Shown here in pieces: positions 29,568-39,522 of a stretch of DNA of 64,000 nucleotides. Position numbers and translations under genes: made by a program. Position 1 is the first letter of the stretch. Each line of letters opens with the position of its first letter. The DNA comes from an uncultured Verrucomicrobiae bacterium (GTDB lineage: Bacteria; Verrucomicrobiota; Verrucomicrobiia; Limisphaerales; UBA11358). The notes beneath the pieces were generated by a model that ran no database searches, was not told where the DNA came from, and was given only the letters and a program-made list of their open reading frames with translations. The DNA is taken from assembly GCA_963762585.1 (NCBI GenBank), contig CAVXLF010000020.1, forward strand, positions 33,913 to 97,912, given 5' to 3'.

Positions 29568-30661
29568 ATGGAATCTTCATCATCCGGCGGATGGGCCAGC
29601 AGCGGACGAAATTTCTTTTTATCCAGGGCCTTTTCGTAGGCTTCTTCCGGCGCTACGCGCTTCATCCGGATGTGCTCCATGATGTGGTCATCCAACGGCT
29701 GGTTGCCGATCTTCTTGCCCACCTGAATCATGCCGTTGATTTGATGCGTCTTGCCTTCGCGCACCAGGTTGGCCACGGCGGTGTTGAGCACCAAAATCTC
29801 GAATGCCGCAATCCGGCCCTTTTTATCCGTGCGTTTGAACAAGGTTTGCGCCACGACCCCTTTCAAGGCCTCGGACAGGGTCTGGCGGATTTTGTTCTGT
29901 TGTTCGGCCGGGAACACGTCAATGACACGGTCCACGGTTTTGGCAGCGCTCTGCGTGTGCAGGGTGCCGAACACCAAGTGGCCCGTCGCGGCGGCCGTGA
30001 TGGCCAGCTCAATCGTTTCCAGGTCGCGCATTTCACCGACCAGAATGATGTCCGGGTCTTCGCGCAGCGCCCCGCGCAGTCCGGATGAAAATGATTTGGT
30101 GTGCAGGCCGATTTCGCGGTGGTTAACCAGGCAGCTTTTGCTTTCGTGGACGAATTCAATCGGGTCTTCCAGGGTGATGATGTGATCTTTGCGATTGGTA
30201 TTGCAGTAATCCACCATCGCCGCCAGCGTCGTGGACTTGCCGGAACCGGTCGGGCCGGTGACGAGGACGAGGCCGCGGTTCAACATGCAAAACTTCTTGA
30301 GCACCGGGGGCAGCGGCGCATCGAGCTTTTCAAAATCTTCAAAGGACAGGACCCGGCTCGGAATCTGCCGGAACACGGCACCGATGCCGATTTTCTGATT
30401 GAAAAAATTTACGCGGAAGCGCGAGACGTTCGGGATTTCGTAACCGAAGTCCACGTCACCGGTTTCTTCGAACTGTTTGATTTTGTAATCCGGAGCGATT
30501 TCGTAAAGCAGGGTCTTGAGCGTGTCGTTTTCGAGCGGGGGATAATCCACCCGCTGAAGTTCGCCGTTGATGCGCAGCATGGGCGGGTTGCCGGAGGCCA
30601 TATGCAGGTCGGACGCCTTCTGCTCAAACATTAAATTGAAAAACGCATCGATTTTGGCCAT
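29564..30661 (-). CDS. pilT: Type IV pilus retraction ATPase PilT
   Basis: ASDLH, GPTGSGKSTT, ALREDPD, TGHLVFGTLH, AVANLVREGKTHQI. Confidence 0.92.
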   Translation of the reverse strand: MAKIDAFFNLMFEQKASDLHMASGNPPMLRINGELQRVDYPPLENDTLKTLLYEIAPDYKIKQFEETGDVDFGYEIPNVSRFRVNFFNQKIGIGAVFRQIPSRVLSFEDFEKLDAPLPPVLKKFCMLNRGLVLVTGPTGSGKSTTLAAMVDYCNTNRKDHIITLEDPIEFVHESKSCLVNHREIGLHTKSFSSGLRGALREDPDIILVGEMRDLETIELAITAAATGHLVFGTLHTQSAAKTVDRVIDVFPAEQQNKIRQTLSEALKGVVAQTLFKRTDKKGRIAAFEILVLNTAVANLVREGKTHQINGMIQVGKKIGNQPLDDHIMEHIRMKRVAPEEAYEKALDKKKFRPLLAHPPDDEDSI

Positions 30662-30713
30662 AAGTTCTATTCTCTTGCGCGCAATCTAGCTAGAGCCGCG
30701 CCAAGTAGGCAAA

Positions 30714-31841
30714 ATGCGACCCCTTATTGAACTTATCCGACGCGAAATTGTCGGCAGCGGCGTTTTGTCTTTTGCGCGGTTTATGGAGCTGGCTTTGTAT
30801 TGTCCCAATTATGGATATTACGAAATAAATAGAGACAATCCCGGCCGGCGCGGCGATTTCTATACGAGCGTCAGCGTGGGTGAACTGTTCGGACAATTGC
30901 TTGCCTTCCAATTAGCCGAATGGCTGGAACCGGGAGCCGAAGGTCAGAGGTCAGAAGTCGGAATTATCGAGGCCGGCGCGCATGACGGAACCCTGGCCAA
31001 GGACATTTTAACCTGGTTGCAACTGGCCCGCCCGAAGCTATTTGAGCAAATCGAATACGGCATCATTGAGCCGTCGGTGCGCCGACAGGAGTGGCAGAAG
31101 GAAAAGCTGGAAAAATTCGCGCCGCAGGTCCGTTGGTTCACCGATTTTACCAGCTGGTCACGTGTCATGCGTCATCCGTCACGGCACAGAGTGATTTTCA
31201 GCAATGAACTTCTGGACGCCATGCCCGTGCATCGTCTCGGCTGGGACGCCGCCGCGCAAAAATGGTTTGAATGGGGCGTCGCCCTCGAAGGCGAAAAATT
31301 CGTCTGGGCAAAAAGTCGGAAGTCAGAACTGGATCTGACCTCCATCTCCCGTCATCTGCCATCTGAATTGTTGGCTGTTTTGCCGGATGGCTACACGGTA
31401 GAAATTTCTCCGGCGGCCGAAAATTGGTGGCGCGAAGCGGCCGGCGTTTTGGAACGTGGAAGATTGCTGACGCTGGATTACGGGCTGGGCGCCGACGAGT
31501 TGTTTTCGCCCAGCCGTCTGCGCGGCACACTGCGCGCCTATTTCCGGCAGCACGTGGCCGACGACCTTTTGGCGAACGCCGGCGAACAAGACCTGACGGC
31601 CCACGTCAATTTTGCAGCCATCCAGGCGGCGGGCGAATCCGCGGGATTGGCGACGGAAAGTTTTTCGACCCAGGCACAATTCCTGACGCGGATTTTGGAT
31701 GCGGCGGCCAAGGATAAATCGTTTGGCGGGTGGAATACTTTACGGGCTCGTCAGTTTCAAACTCTTACGCACCCGGAACATCTGGGCCGCGCCTTTCGGG
31801 TTTTGATTCAATCGCGGGAGCCGCTTGCAACTCGTAGTTAA
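30714..31841 (+). CDS. SAM-dependent methyltransferase, MidA/NDUFAF7 family
   Basis: FARFMELALY, GYY, GDFYTS, EAGAHDG, SNELLDAMPV, LDYG, QDLTAHVNF. Confidence 0.9.
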   Translation: MRPLIELIRREIVGSGVLSFARFMELALYCPNYGYYEINRDNPGRRGDFYTSVSVGELFGQLLAFQLAEWLEPGAEGQRSEVGIIEAGAHDGTLAKDILTWLQLARPKLFEQIEYGIIEPSVRRQEWQKEKLEKFAPQVRWFTDFTSWSRVMRHPSRHRVIFSNELLDAMPVHRLGWDAAAQKWFEWGVALEGEKFVWAKSRKSELDLTSISRHLPSELLAVLPDGYTVEISPAAENWWREAAGVLERGRLLTLDYGLGADELFSPSRLRGTLRAYFRQHVADDLLANAGEQDLTAHVNFAAIQAAGESAGLATESFSTQAQFLTRILDAAAKDKSFGGWNTLRARQFQTLTHPEHLGRAFRVLIQSREPLATRS

Positions 31842-32604
31842 GAATCACGAGGCAATAGATGGCCGCCGTCTCCACCCGCAAAACGAGCGGGCCCAGCGAA
31901 ATCGGCAGCGCGCCGCCGGCCTGAATGGCTTTTAATTCGTCGGGCGTGAAATCACCTTCCGGGCCAATCCAAACAGCAATACTTTGTGGCAATCGTCCGT
32001 GCGCGGCCTGGAATTCCCGAAAACATTCGCGCGGATGACGGCGGTGGGTTTGCAACGAGCCGACGAGGGACAAGTCAAAGGCTGAAGGCGAAGAGCCGGG
32101 GGCGGATTCGCTTTCGATTTTCGGCTTCCGGCTTATAACTTCCGCGATGGTTGCCGGCATTTCAATTTTTGGCAGCCAGGCCGCGCCGCATTGTTTGATG
32201 GCTTCAATGGTGATAAGTTGCCATTTCTCCTGTTTGGTTGCCGCTTCCGCCTCGCCCAACCGGGTTACCACGCGTTCGGTCAGCAGCGGCACGATGCGGT
32301 GCGCGCCGAGTTCGACGGCTTTTTGGATGATGGACTCAATGATTTTTCCCCGGGGCACGGCCTGCAAAAGCGTGATCTGACAGGGCAGCGGCGGAACATA
32401 AGTCGTGTGTTTAACCGCCAGCGCCACCGCATGGTGCGAACAAACGGAGATTTCACATTGAAACTCATGACCGGCTCCGTCCAGGACCGTCACCGGTTCG
32501 CCGCGCTTTACGCGGAGCACATGCAAGGCATGATGCGCCTCGCGTTCATCCAGCTGGAGCGCATCAGCCGTGCAGCGTTCGGGTGGCAGATAAAAACGGT
32601 GCAT
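31765..32604 (-). CDS. rsmE: 16S rRNA m3U1498 methyltransferase RsmE
   Basis: HHALHVLR, QKAVELG, EAIKQCG, IGPEGDF, SLGPLVLRVETAA. Confidence 0.95.
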   Translation of the reverse strand: MHRFYLPPERCTADALQLDEREAHHALHVLRVKRGEPVTVLDGAGHEFQCEISVCSHHAVALAVKHTTYVPPLPCQITLLQAVPRGKIIESIIQKAVELGAHRIVPLLTERVVTRLGEAEAATKQEKWQLITIEAIKQCGAAWLPKIEMPATIAEVISRKPKIESESAPGSSPSAFDLSLVGSLQTHRRHPRECFREFQAAHGRLPQSIAVWIGPEGDFTPDELKAIQAGGALPISLGPLVLRVETAAIYCLVILNYELQAAPAIESKPERRGPDVPGA

Positions 32605-32670
32605 AAATAGTGTGACAGGCGACGAGTGACGGGGGACAGGAAAAACTCATCCCGCGCCGTCCACGGCCCG

Positions 32671-33807
32671 TCAGCGGAACAGGTCTTTGGCTTTTCCCAA
32701 AAGGCCTTTGCCGGGCGGGTTGCCGTTTTCGCCGCTCAACCCGGCGAATTCCCGCAGCTTCGCCTTTTGTTCCGCGTTCAACTGGGTCGGCACTTCCACC
32801 TGGATGCGCACGTGCAAATCACCATGGCCATAGCCCTGCAAATTCTTTACGCCCTTGCCTTTGACCCGAAACGCCGCGCCGGGTTGCGTGCCGGCGGGAA
32901 TTTTAATCATGACCCTGCCATCCAGCGCGGGAACTTCAATTTCCGCTCCCAGCGCGGCCTGAACGAATGTCACCGGCGCTTCGCAGAGCAAATCATCGCC
33001 GTCACGCTGGAAAAATTCATGCGGTTTGACGTGCAGGATGACATACAAATCTCCCGCCGGTCCGCTGCGAAAGCCGGCTTCCCCATTGCCGGTGGAGCGC
33101 AGGCGCGATCCGGTGTCCACGCCCGGCGGGATGCGCAGTTTGATTTCCGAATTGTGTTCGCGCCGTCCGTCACCGTGGCAGGTTTTGCAGGGTTTGTCCA
33201 AAATCCGCCCGGAGCCTTTGCAGAGCGGGCAGGTCTGCCTCAAACTGATGAAACCGCGGGTGGTCAGGACCACACCGTGTCCGTCACAGGTGGAACAGCC
33301 GTGTGCCTTGGAACCGGGTTCCATGCCCGATCCATCGCACGTTTCGCAGGAAACGGATTTCGTGATGGAGATGATCTTTTCACAACCGAGCGCCGCCTCT
33401 TCGAGCGTGATTTCCAGGTCGTAACGCAGGTCATCGCCGCGTTGCGGCTGCGAGGGGTCGTGCCGGCCGCCGAAAAACTCCTCGAAGATGCTGTTGCCGC
33501 TGAAGACTTCGCGAAAAATGTCGAACGGATCATGAAAGCCACCGCCAGCGAAACCACCACCCCGGCCCGCGCGGGCGCGGGGATCAAATGCCGCGTGGCC
33601 ATATTGATCGTAGGCGGCGCGCTTTTGCGGGTCGCTCAGGGCTTCATAGGCCTCGCCGATTTCCTTGAATTTTTCCTCGGCGGATTTGTCGCCCGGATTT
33701 TTATCCGGGTGAAGTTTGACGGCCAGTTTGCGATAGGCCTTCTTGATTTCCTCTTCGCCCGCGTTGCGGTCAACGCCCAGGATTTCGTAATAATCGCGCT
33801 TGGCCAT
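32671..33807 (-). CDS. dnaJ: Chaperone DnaJ
   Basis: J-domain HPD, G/F region, four CxxCxGxG motifs. Confidence 0.98.
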   Translation of the reverse strand: MAKRDYYEILGVDRNAGEEEIKKAYRKLAVKLHPDKNPGDKSAEEKFKEIGEAYEALSDPQKRAAYDQYGHAAFDPRARAGRGGGFAGGGFHDPFDIFREVFSGNSIFEEFFGGRHDPSQPQRGDDLRYDLEITLEEAALGCEKIISITKSVSCETCDGSGMEPGSKAHGCSTCDGHGVVLTTRGFISLRQTCPLCKGSGRILDKPCKTCHGDGRREHNSEIKLRIPPGVDTGSRLRSTGNGEAGFRSGPAGDLYVILHVKPHEFFQRDGDDLLCEAPVTFVQAALGAEIEVPALDGRVMIKIPAGTQPGAAFRVKGKGVKNLQGYGHGDLHVRIQVEVPTQLNAEQKAKLREFAGLSGENGNPPGKGLLGKAKDLFR

Positions 33808-33810
33808 GGC

Positions 33811-34386
33811 TCAGGCGGCGGGGGGGGTGGCGGGTTTTTTGGCGACCACCACGGTGGCCGCACGCAACAGCCGGTCATGCATTTTATAGCCCTTGCGGAT
33901 TTGTTGAATCACCTGGCCTTCGGGGGCGTCGGCGGTTTCCAATTGTGAAACCGCCTCGTGCAGTGTCGGGTCAAAAGTGCGGCCATCGGCGTCCACCTCT
34001 TCGAGTCCGGTTTCGGTGAGGATGCCTTTCAATTGTTGCTGGATCATGGCAATGCCGTCCTGCAATGCCGCCATTCCGCCTTGCGGCGCCTGGGCGGCGG
34101 CTTGCGCCATTTCAAAATGGTCCAGCACGGGCAACAACTTGAGAATCAACCCGGCGGTGGCCGATTGTGCGGCTTCGTGGCGCTCCCGTGCGGCGCGCTT
34201 CTTGAAATTTTCAAAATCGGCGGCGGTGCGCAACAGGCGGTCCCAATGCTCGTCGGCCTTGGCCGCCCGCGCCTTTAGTTCGCCCAATTGTTCCGGCGTG
34301 AGTCCGGCCGCGACCGGAGCCGCATCCTTTTCACTGGCGGCGGGAATGGGTTCCGCCTTGTGGGCGTGTGAATCTGCCTTCTTCAT
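33811..34386 (-). CDS. grpE: Nucleotide exchange factor GrpE
   Basis: ADFENFKKR, LLPVLDHF, FDPTLHEA, KGYKMHDRLLRAA. Confidence 0.95.
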   Translation of the reverse strand: MKKADSHAHKAEPIPAASEKDAAPVAAGLTPEQLGELKARAAKADEHWDRLLRTAADFENFKKRAARERHEAAQSATAGLILKLLPVLDHFEMAQAAAQAPQGGMAALQDGIAMIQQQLKGILTETGLEEVDADGRTFDPTLHEAVSQLETADAPEGQVIQQIRKGYKMHDRLLRAATVVVAKKPATPPAA

Positions 34387-34437
34387 GCTGTCGTTGTTGA
34401 TGCAAAAATGCTTTCGAAGCCATCAAGCTACCCCATT

Positions 34438-34481
34438 GACCGGCAACCGGCAACTGGGATGTGCCGGCAGGGTTGCCGGTC
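34438..34481. other. Intergenic hairpin (11-bp perfect inverted repeat) upstream of grpE
   Basis: gaccggcaacc...ggttgccggtc. Confidence 0.5.
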
Positions 34482-34528
34482 AGGCGCTGGCCGGGATCCA
34501 CGCACGGCCGGTGAGGTTCGAACGCGGG

Positions 34529-37500
34529 TCAACTGGGAGGGACGATTTTTTGGAATTCCGGCAGGCTGCGGAGGGCATCAAAACGGCGGTCCTTACGCAC
34601 CTCGACCAGCAGATTGCTGGCTTTGGGATTTTGTGTGAGGCGTTTGGCGCTGAGGTCGAGCGAAGTGTGCAGGTCCTGGAGAGATTCACTGGTTTTGCCA
34701 AGTGCAATTTTGGTGGCAGCGAGATCATACCATGGCTCCGGCTCGTTGGGGACGATGGCAACCAGCTTTTCCAGGGTGCTTTCGAGTTTGGGGAGATTGC
34801 CGGTTTGCGCGAAAAACTGGGCGATGACGCCAACTTCAGTCGGGGAGATATACGGACTGGCCAATGCCTGGTCGAACAGTCCGATGACGCGATCGGTTTG
34901 ACGCATTTGAAAATAGGCGCTGGCGAGGTTAAAGATATTCTGGAAGTTGGTCGGATTCGTGCGGGCTTCGGTTTCCATGCGCTGCAAATCCGTTTCGAAT
35001 TGAGCCATGCCGGTGGACTTCTTTTTCATTTCTTTCAATTGCTTGACGAGACCGACCACCTGGCTGTTGTAGGGGTCGAAATCGGAGCAGGTTTGGGCCA
35101 CCAGGATGGCATCGTCGAGGCGGCTGAACATGGCCAAAAAGTTGACGTAGCGGAAAACCGCTTCGGGGCTGTAAGGACAAAAGGCGAACGCTTGTTTGAA
35201 GGCAAAATCCGTTTCGCGGATCAATTCCTGCCGCTCCGTGTCGGTTTTGGGCAGATACTCGGGCGGCGTGGGCGACTGGGGCATCGCGCCCAGGCGCCAC
35301 GCATACACGCCGGCAATGGAACTGCGCAGTTTGGAGAATGCCTGTTGCGCGTGGTCATCGCGGACGAATTGCTGGCTGCCTTTGAAACCGCTGGTATCGC
35401 GGTGCAGGTAGACCTTTTCGGCGAAATCGGCGATTTGCTTGATGCTGGTATCATAGGTAATCCAGTTTCCGATGAGCCGTCCGGAGTATTTGCTCCAAAA
35501 CTCGTGATCCTGTTTGAAGACGTCGGCGGGCAACGACGACAACGCCTGCCGGTTGATTTTCATGATGACGCCGGACGGCGTTTCGTGAGGGTACATCCAA
35601 TCCAGCGGAAAACTTTCCTCCACGTAAAACTCATTGCTGGGATTGTGATCAAAGATGACTTTGCACAACAGACCGTTGATTTTCATCACGGCCACCTCGC
35701 CGGCCACCTGGATGCTCACCCGACCGTCCGCATTGGTAACCGGGTTTACGACTTCGCCGGGCTGGAGTTCGCCGAGTTGGGCCCGTCGGCTCACGTCCTG
35801 GGTATATTCCGAAAAGCAATCCTGCAAGTCATCCGGCGACGGCGTATAGATTTCCTTGGGTGGATAGACACCTTCCTTGCGCCAGCGCGCTTCGATTCTG
35901 GCACCGCGGGCGGTCAGCGGTTTGTCCAGGAGCTGGTCGGCCATCACGGCCAGGAAATTGGTGGTGTAATCCTCCCGGCTTTCCGCGGGGCCGCGCAGCA
36001 ATTCCTGAAAGAACGGCGGGTCGACTTCCGCGCTCCGAAAGTATTGGGAGCGGATGTATTGCAGGTAGGTTCCGTCGGCGAGCGCATTTTGAGTGATGAT
36101 GTAAACGTCGCGGCGGTCAAAATGGGGGTCCATGGGCTTGCAATCTGGCGGCGTGAAGCTCTCGCAGAAGATCATGTAAGTCGGTACAAAGCGTCCGGGA
36201 TCGGTGCCGCCGAATAAAATCGCATCCCGGGCCATCTCCGGGTAGACGTTGAATGGCGGGGTGAACATGTCATGTCCAAACCAGTAGCCGAACCAGTGGT
36301 CGCGTTGTTCACTGTGGGACCAGTGCATTAATGCCGAATAACCGGGAATCGTGGCGAAGGCGATGAGGGCGACGGCCAGCGGGGCTTTTTGACGCAGCAC
36401 CCAGACCGAAGCCAGGAAAAGCAGGGCCATGGCCAGTAAAACCAATGCCGCATAAATCGGAAGACTGTACTGGTCCGGATTGAAAGCCTGGACAAGGTTA
36501 TGGAAGAAGTTGGAAAGGCCGCTCAACCCGAGCTGATCCTGCAGAATGGTGGCAAGGGTCAACCCGAACGAACACAGCACAAACAAACCCGGCAGGCCGA
36601 AGGATAGCAACCGGTCGTTCTGCAATTCGTTTTTTCGGAGGACCAAAATTGTAAAAAACGCAAGAATCCAGCACACCATTTTCAGAAACCCATAGCGAAC
36701 GGCAATTTCAACGCCCAGATTTCCGATCAGGGTTTGACAATTGTAAGCCACCGTGAACAACGCAAAGTCCAGGGCGCAAAGGCCGCCCACCAGCAACCAT
36801 TTGCGGGTGGCTTCATATTGGGCCGCCATGTAGGCGGCGATGATCGTCAGGCCATAGGCGACGAACATGGATATAAAAACGTGGCTGACCGCGAAAAGCG
36901 GCGCCGCGATGGAAATGGATTGGCGGTCGGGGGCAAAATTGAGGAGCAGCACCAGAAACGGACCGATGCAGAGGTAGAGGCCAGACATTCCAATCAACCA
37001 CGTCCGTTCACGCCGTTTCAGCTTTCGATAGACCAGGAAAACTACGAAAGCCATCAGCAGGAAGAAGAGGTTGAATTGATCGGCTATGCCTTCGAGATAA
37101 CGCCATAGCTGCAAGCCGTAGGTGGCAAAAAAGCTGCCGACCTTCTCAAAGAAAGTGTCTCCGGTGCCGGCGGTGGGATTAATGGGCGAGTATTGGCCGC
37201 GGGTGATGGCGTGGATGAAACCTTCGACCGTCCGGGGATAGGCCCACTCCATCGGCGGGTCGGTCATGCAGGCGATGGGCTCGTAGAAATAAAAGGCCGC
37301 GCCCAGCAACCAGGCCAGGCCGCATACCAGGACCATGAACCATTCCTTGGACAGGTGCATGGTTTTCCGGACCAGGTGGGTAAAGGTCCCGGCGGCCGCG
37401 ATGGTGGCCATCAGGACTAAAAAGAGCTTCGAGCCGTTGTTGATGGCGGGCAGATAATTCGTGATGCCGAGGAACAACGCCGCCAGGCAGACCAACAGAA

Positions 37501-38419
37501 CCAGCATCGCAGCGTCCCGGGCAAATTCAATCGCGGTCTTTTTGGTTTTGATGACCAGCCAGATCCAGAGCACGGCCGAGGTGATGCCAATCACGTTATA
37601 AACCACCAGGACGGTTGAATTGTGGACGAGCACGCCGGGTTTGATGAGAAATTCGACGACCAGGAAAATCATCGTGTTGCCGAAAAAGAATTCACGTCCC
37701 AGCTTCGGTTCCACCAGCCACATCAGCACCTGCATGCCCATGATGATGGGGAGGAGTGATTGATGGTTGGTAAAACATATGCCATAGACGCAGAAGGCGG
37801 CATAGAGATACCGGTGTTGACGGGGCGCGTAGACCCAGCGCAACAGGAAAACCACCACCCCCAGGAGTGAGGCGATGCTCAGCGTGTGTTTGTCCACGAT
37901 CACCGCCTGGCTCCACATGTAGCCGTTGAAGTCGCTCAATCCGCCGGCGACCAGGCCGGAGACGAGGCAAATCAGATTTTCGCGGCGGCGGCTGATGCCT
38001 TTGAGCGCGTCGATGCTTTCGATGATCATGCTGCTGCTGCGCGACACCACCAAGGCCATCAGCCCGGCCGCGATGGCGCCGGCAAAGGCGTTCCCCAGTT
38101 CAACCCGCCAGGCCACGCTGCCAAAGGGAAGGAGGGTCCATAGCCAGGTGTAGAGGGTCCAAAAGGGATAACCGGGCGCATGCGGAATACCGGCGTATAA
38201 TGATGCGGTGGCCATCTCGCCGGAATCCTCCAGCGTCACGTTCGGGGCCAGGGTCAGGAAAAATACCGTGAAAACCACCGCGGCGGTGATTCCCAATGTC
38301 AGCCAGTCCACCGGACGAAACAGCGGCGGTACCGGTGGCGGCGGCGCGGCAATGGGACGGGACGAAGCCTTGGGCGGCGGTGGTTTCGGGTTTTGATTCT
38401 TACGTTTGTCAGCGCTCAT
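34529..38419 (-). CDS. DUF2723 (TMEM260-like) GT-C membrane protein with C-terminal TPRs
   Basis: LAPNVTLEDSGE...GIPHAPGYP, many TM helices, GGTDPGRF, TPR tail. Confidence 0.8.
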   Translation of the reverse strand: MSADKRKNQNPKPPPPKASSRPIAAPPPPVPPLFRPVDWLTLGITAAVVFTVFFLTLAPNVTLEDSGEMATASLYAGIPHAPGYPFWTLYTWLWTLLPFGSVAWRVELGNAFAGAIAAGLMALVVSRSSSMIIESIDALKGISRRRENLICLVSGLVAGGLSDFNGYMWSQAVIVDKHTLSIASLLGVVVFLLRWVYAPRQHRYLYAAFCVYGICFTNHQSLLPIIMGMQVLMWLVEPKLGREFFFGNTMIFLVVEFLIKPGVLVHNSTVLVVYNVIGITSAVLWIWLVIKTKKTAIEFARDAAMLVLLVCLAALFLGITNYLPAINNGSKLFLVLMATIAAAGTFTHLVRKTMHLSKEWFMVLVCGLAWLLGAAFYFYEPIACMTDPPMEWAYPRTVEGFIHAITRGQYSPINPTAGTGDTFFEKVGSFFATYGLQLWRYLEGIADQFNLFFLLMAFVVFLVYRKLKRRERTWLIGMSGLYLCIGPFLVLLLNFAPDRQSISIAAPLFAVSHVFISMFVAYGLTIIAAYMAAQYEATRKWLLVGGLCALDFALFTVAYNCQTLIGNLGVEIAVRYGFLKMVCWILAFFTILVLRKNELQNDRLLSFGLPGLFVLCSFGLTLATILQDQLGLSGLSNFFHNLVQAFNPDQYSLPIYAALVLLAMALLFLASVWVLRQKAPLAVALIAFATIPGYSALMHWSHSEQRDHWFGYWFGHDMFTPPFNVYPEMARDAILFGGTDPGRFVPTYMIFCESFTPPDCKPMDPHFDRRDVYIITQNALADGTYLQYIRSQYFRSAEVDPPFFQELLRGPAESREDYTTNFLAVMADQLLDKPLTARGARIEARWRKEGVYPPKEIYTPSPDDLQDCFSEYTQDVSRRAQLGELQPGEVVNPVTNADGRVSIQVAGEVAVMKINGLLCKVIFDHNPSNEFYVEESFPLDWMYPHETPSGVIMKINRQALSSLPADVFKQDHEFWSKYSGRLIGNWITYDTSIKQIADFAEKVYLHRDTSGFKGSQQFVRDDHAQQAFSKLRSSIAGVYAWRLGAMPQSPTPPEYLPKTDTERQELIRETDFAFKQAFAFCPYSPEAVFRYVNFLAMFSRLDDAILVAQTCSDFDPYNSQVVGLVKQLKEMKKKSTGMAQFETDLQRMETEARTNPTNFQNIFNLASAYFQMRQTDRVIGLFDQALASPYISPTEVGVIAQFFAQTGNLPKLESTLEKLVAIVPNEPEPWYDLAATKIALGKTSESLQDLHTSLDLSAKRLTQNPKASNLLVEVRKDRRFDALRSLPEFQKIVPPS

Positions 38420-38436
38420 TTATTAATAAATCGCAA

Positions 38437-38817
38437 TCAATTAAACCGGCTACGCGGAAAAGAGGGAATACTAGAAGTGAAACCGCTGCGGTTTGTCCAA
38501 TCAAAAGTGATGGTGAACAAATCATTTTGACCCTTTTGAAGGCTGTCCGGAGCCAATTCCAGGCAACCCTGGTGGCCGGACATGGTGGTAACCATCGGTC
38601 CCCGGCGGAACGACTGGCCGGAAATGGCGTTTCCCGAATTGAAAATCGAAAACGTGAGCAGGGCACAAGCGGTCGCCGGCACCAGCCAGCCCACCAGCCA
38701 CGCCATTTTTGGCATCAGGCTGGCCGGCGCGGCAAAAAGATGCCGTTCAAGCGCCGCCGACGGGCGGCGCGGCTGCCAGGAACGCAACTGTGTCCCCAGC
38801 GTGTTCATCTCTTTCAT
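38437..38817 (-). CDS. Putative membrane anti-sigma factor
   Basis: LGTQLRSWQPRRPS N-terminus plus one TM segment; directly follows ECF sigma. Confidence 0.55.
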   Translation of the reverse strand: MKEMNTLGTQLRSWQPRRPSAALERHLFAAPASLMPKMAWLVGWLVPATACALLTFSIFNSGNAISGQSFRRGPMVTTMSGHQGCLELAPDSLQKGQNDLFTITFDWTNRSGFTSSIPSFPRSRFN

Positions 38818-39298
38818 AAGCGGCTCCTTCCAGTTGGAGTTTGATTTTTTGCAAACCGTAACGATACCGGCCCGACGCGGTATTGGGTGAGATCTCCAGC
38901 AATTCGCCGATTTCTTCGTATGTGCATCGGTGCCAGATTTTCAGGACGATCACTTCACGTTGTTCCAGCGGCAGCCTGGCCAGACAGTCCATCGCGGCGC
39001 GTTCCGCCGGCCCTTCCCCGGGCGATTTTTCGAACCAGCGTTGCGATTCCAGCTCGCGGGTCAGGCGACGCCACAACGAGCGCCGATAATTCAAGGCGCG
39101 ATTCCGGAAGCTGCGCACGCAGTAATGTTCCGGTCGGAGCGGAATCTGTGGCGTTTGCATGAGGGCGAGGAAGGTTTCCTGCAACACGTCCTCCGCCTCG
39201 CTGTGGCTCAAGCCCAGCGCCCGGCCGTAAATAAGCAATTCCGCAGCTTTCCTTTCATAAAGTTGCCGGCACCAGTTGAATTCCAGTTTACCGCTCAC
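38747..39298 (-). CDS. ECF RNA polymerase sigma factor
   Basis: AEDVLQETFL (region 2), LPLEQREVIVLK...YEEIGELLEISPNTASGRYRY (region 4); start uncertain. Confidence 0.9.
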   Translation of the reverse strand: MSGKLEFNWCRQLYERKAAELLIYGRALGLSHSEAEDVLQETFLALMQTPQIPLRPEHYCVRSFRNRALNYRRSLWRRLTRELESQRWFEKSPGEGPAERAAMDCLARLPLEQREVIVLKIWHRCTYEEIGELLEISPNTASGRYRYGLQKIKLQLEGAAYERDEHAGDTVAFLAAAPPVGGA

Positions 39299-39522
39299 GG
39301 TTTTACCCCATAGACACCAACCCGGCCCAATTTGTATAAGAATTTCAAAATTATTTGGCGGGCGGGTGACCCAGCGTCGCAAAGTTGGATGGATAACCCC
39401 GCTTTTGTCCATAAAAAAGCGCGTGGCGAACGATCGGAAGGCTGTCCAACCGTTCAATCCCGTTAATTTTTCACTTTTGGGCAGCTACAAGTTCATGCAG
39501 CATGAACTGACAATTTTTCTCA

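Noticed and set aside
34387..34528. CIRCE element or dnaK/hrcA near grpE-dnaJ
   Set aside because: No TTAGCACTC-N9-GAGTGCTAA seen; a separated dnaK is not unusual
33977..36217. 746-aa plus-strand ORF and other long antisense ORFs (32626-33948, 40641-41852, 23565-24815, 60484-61974)
   Set aside because: Shadows of well-supported genes on the opposite strand in high-GC DNA; no recognisable motifs
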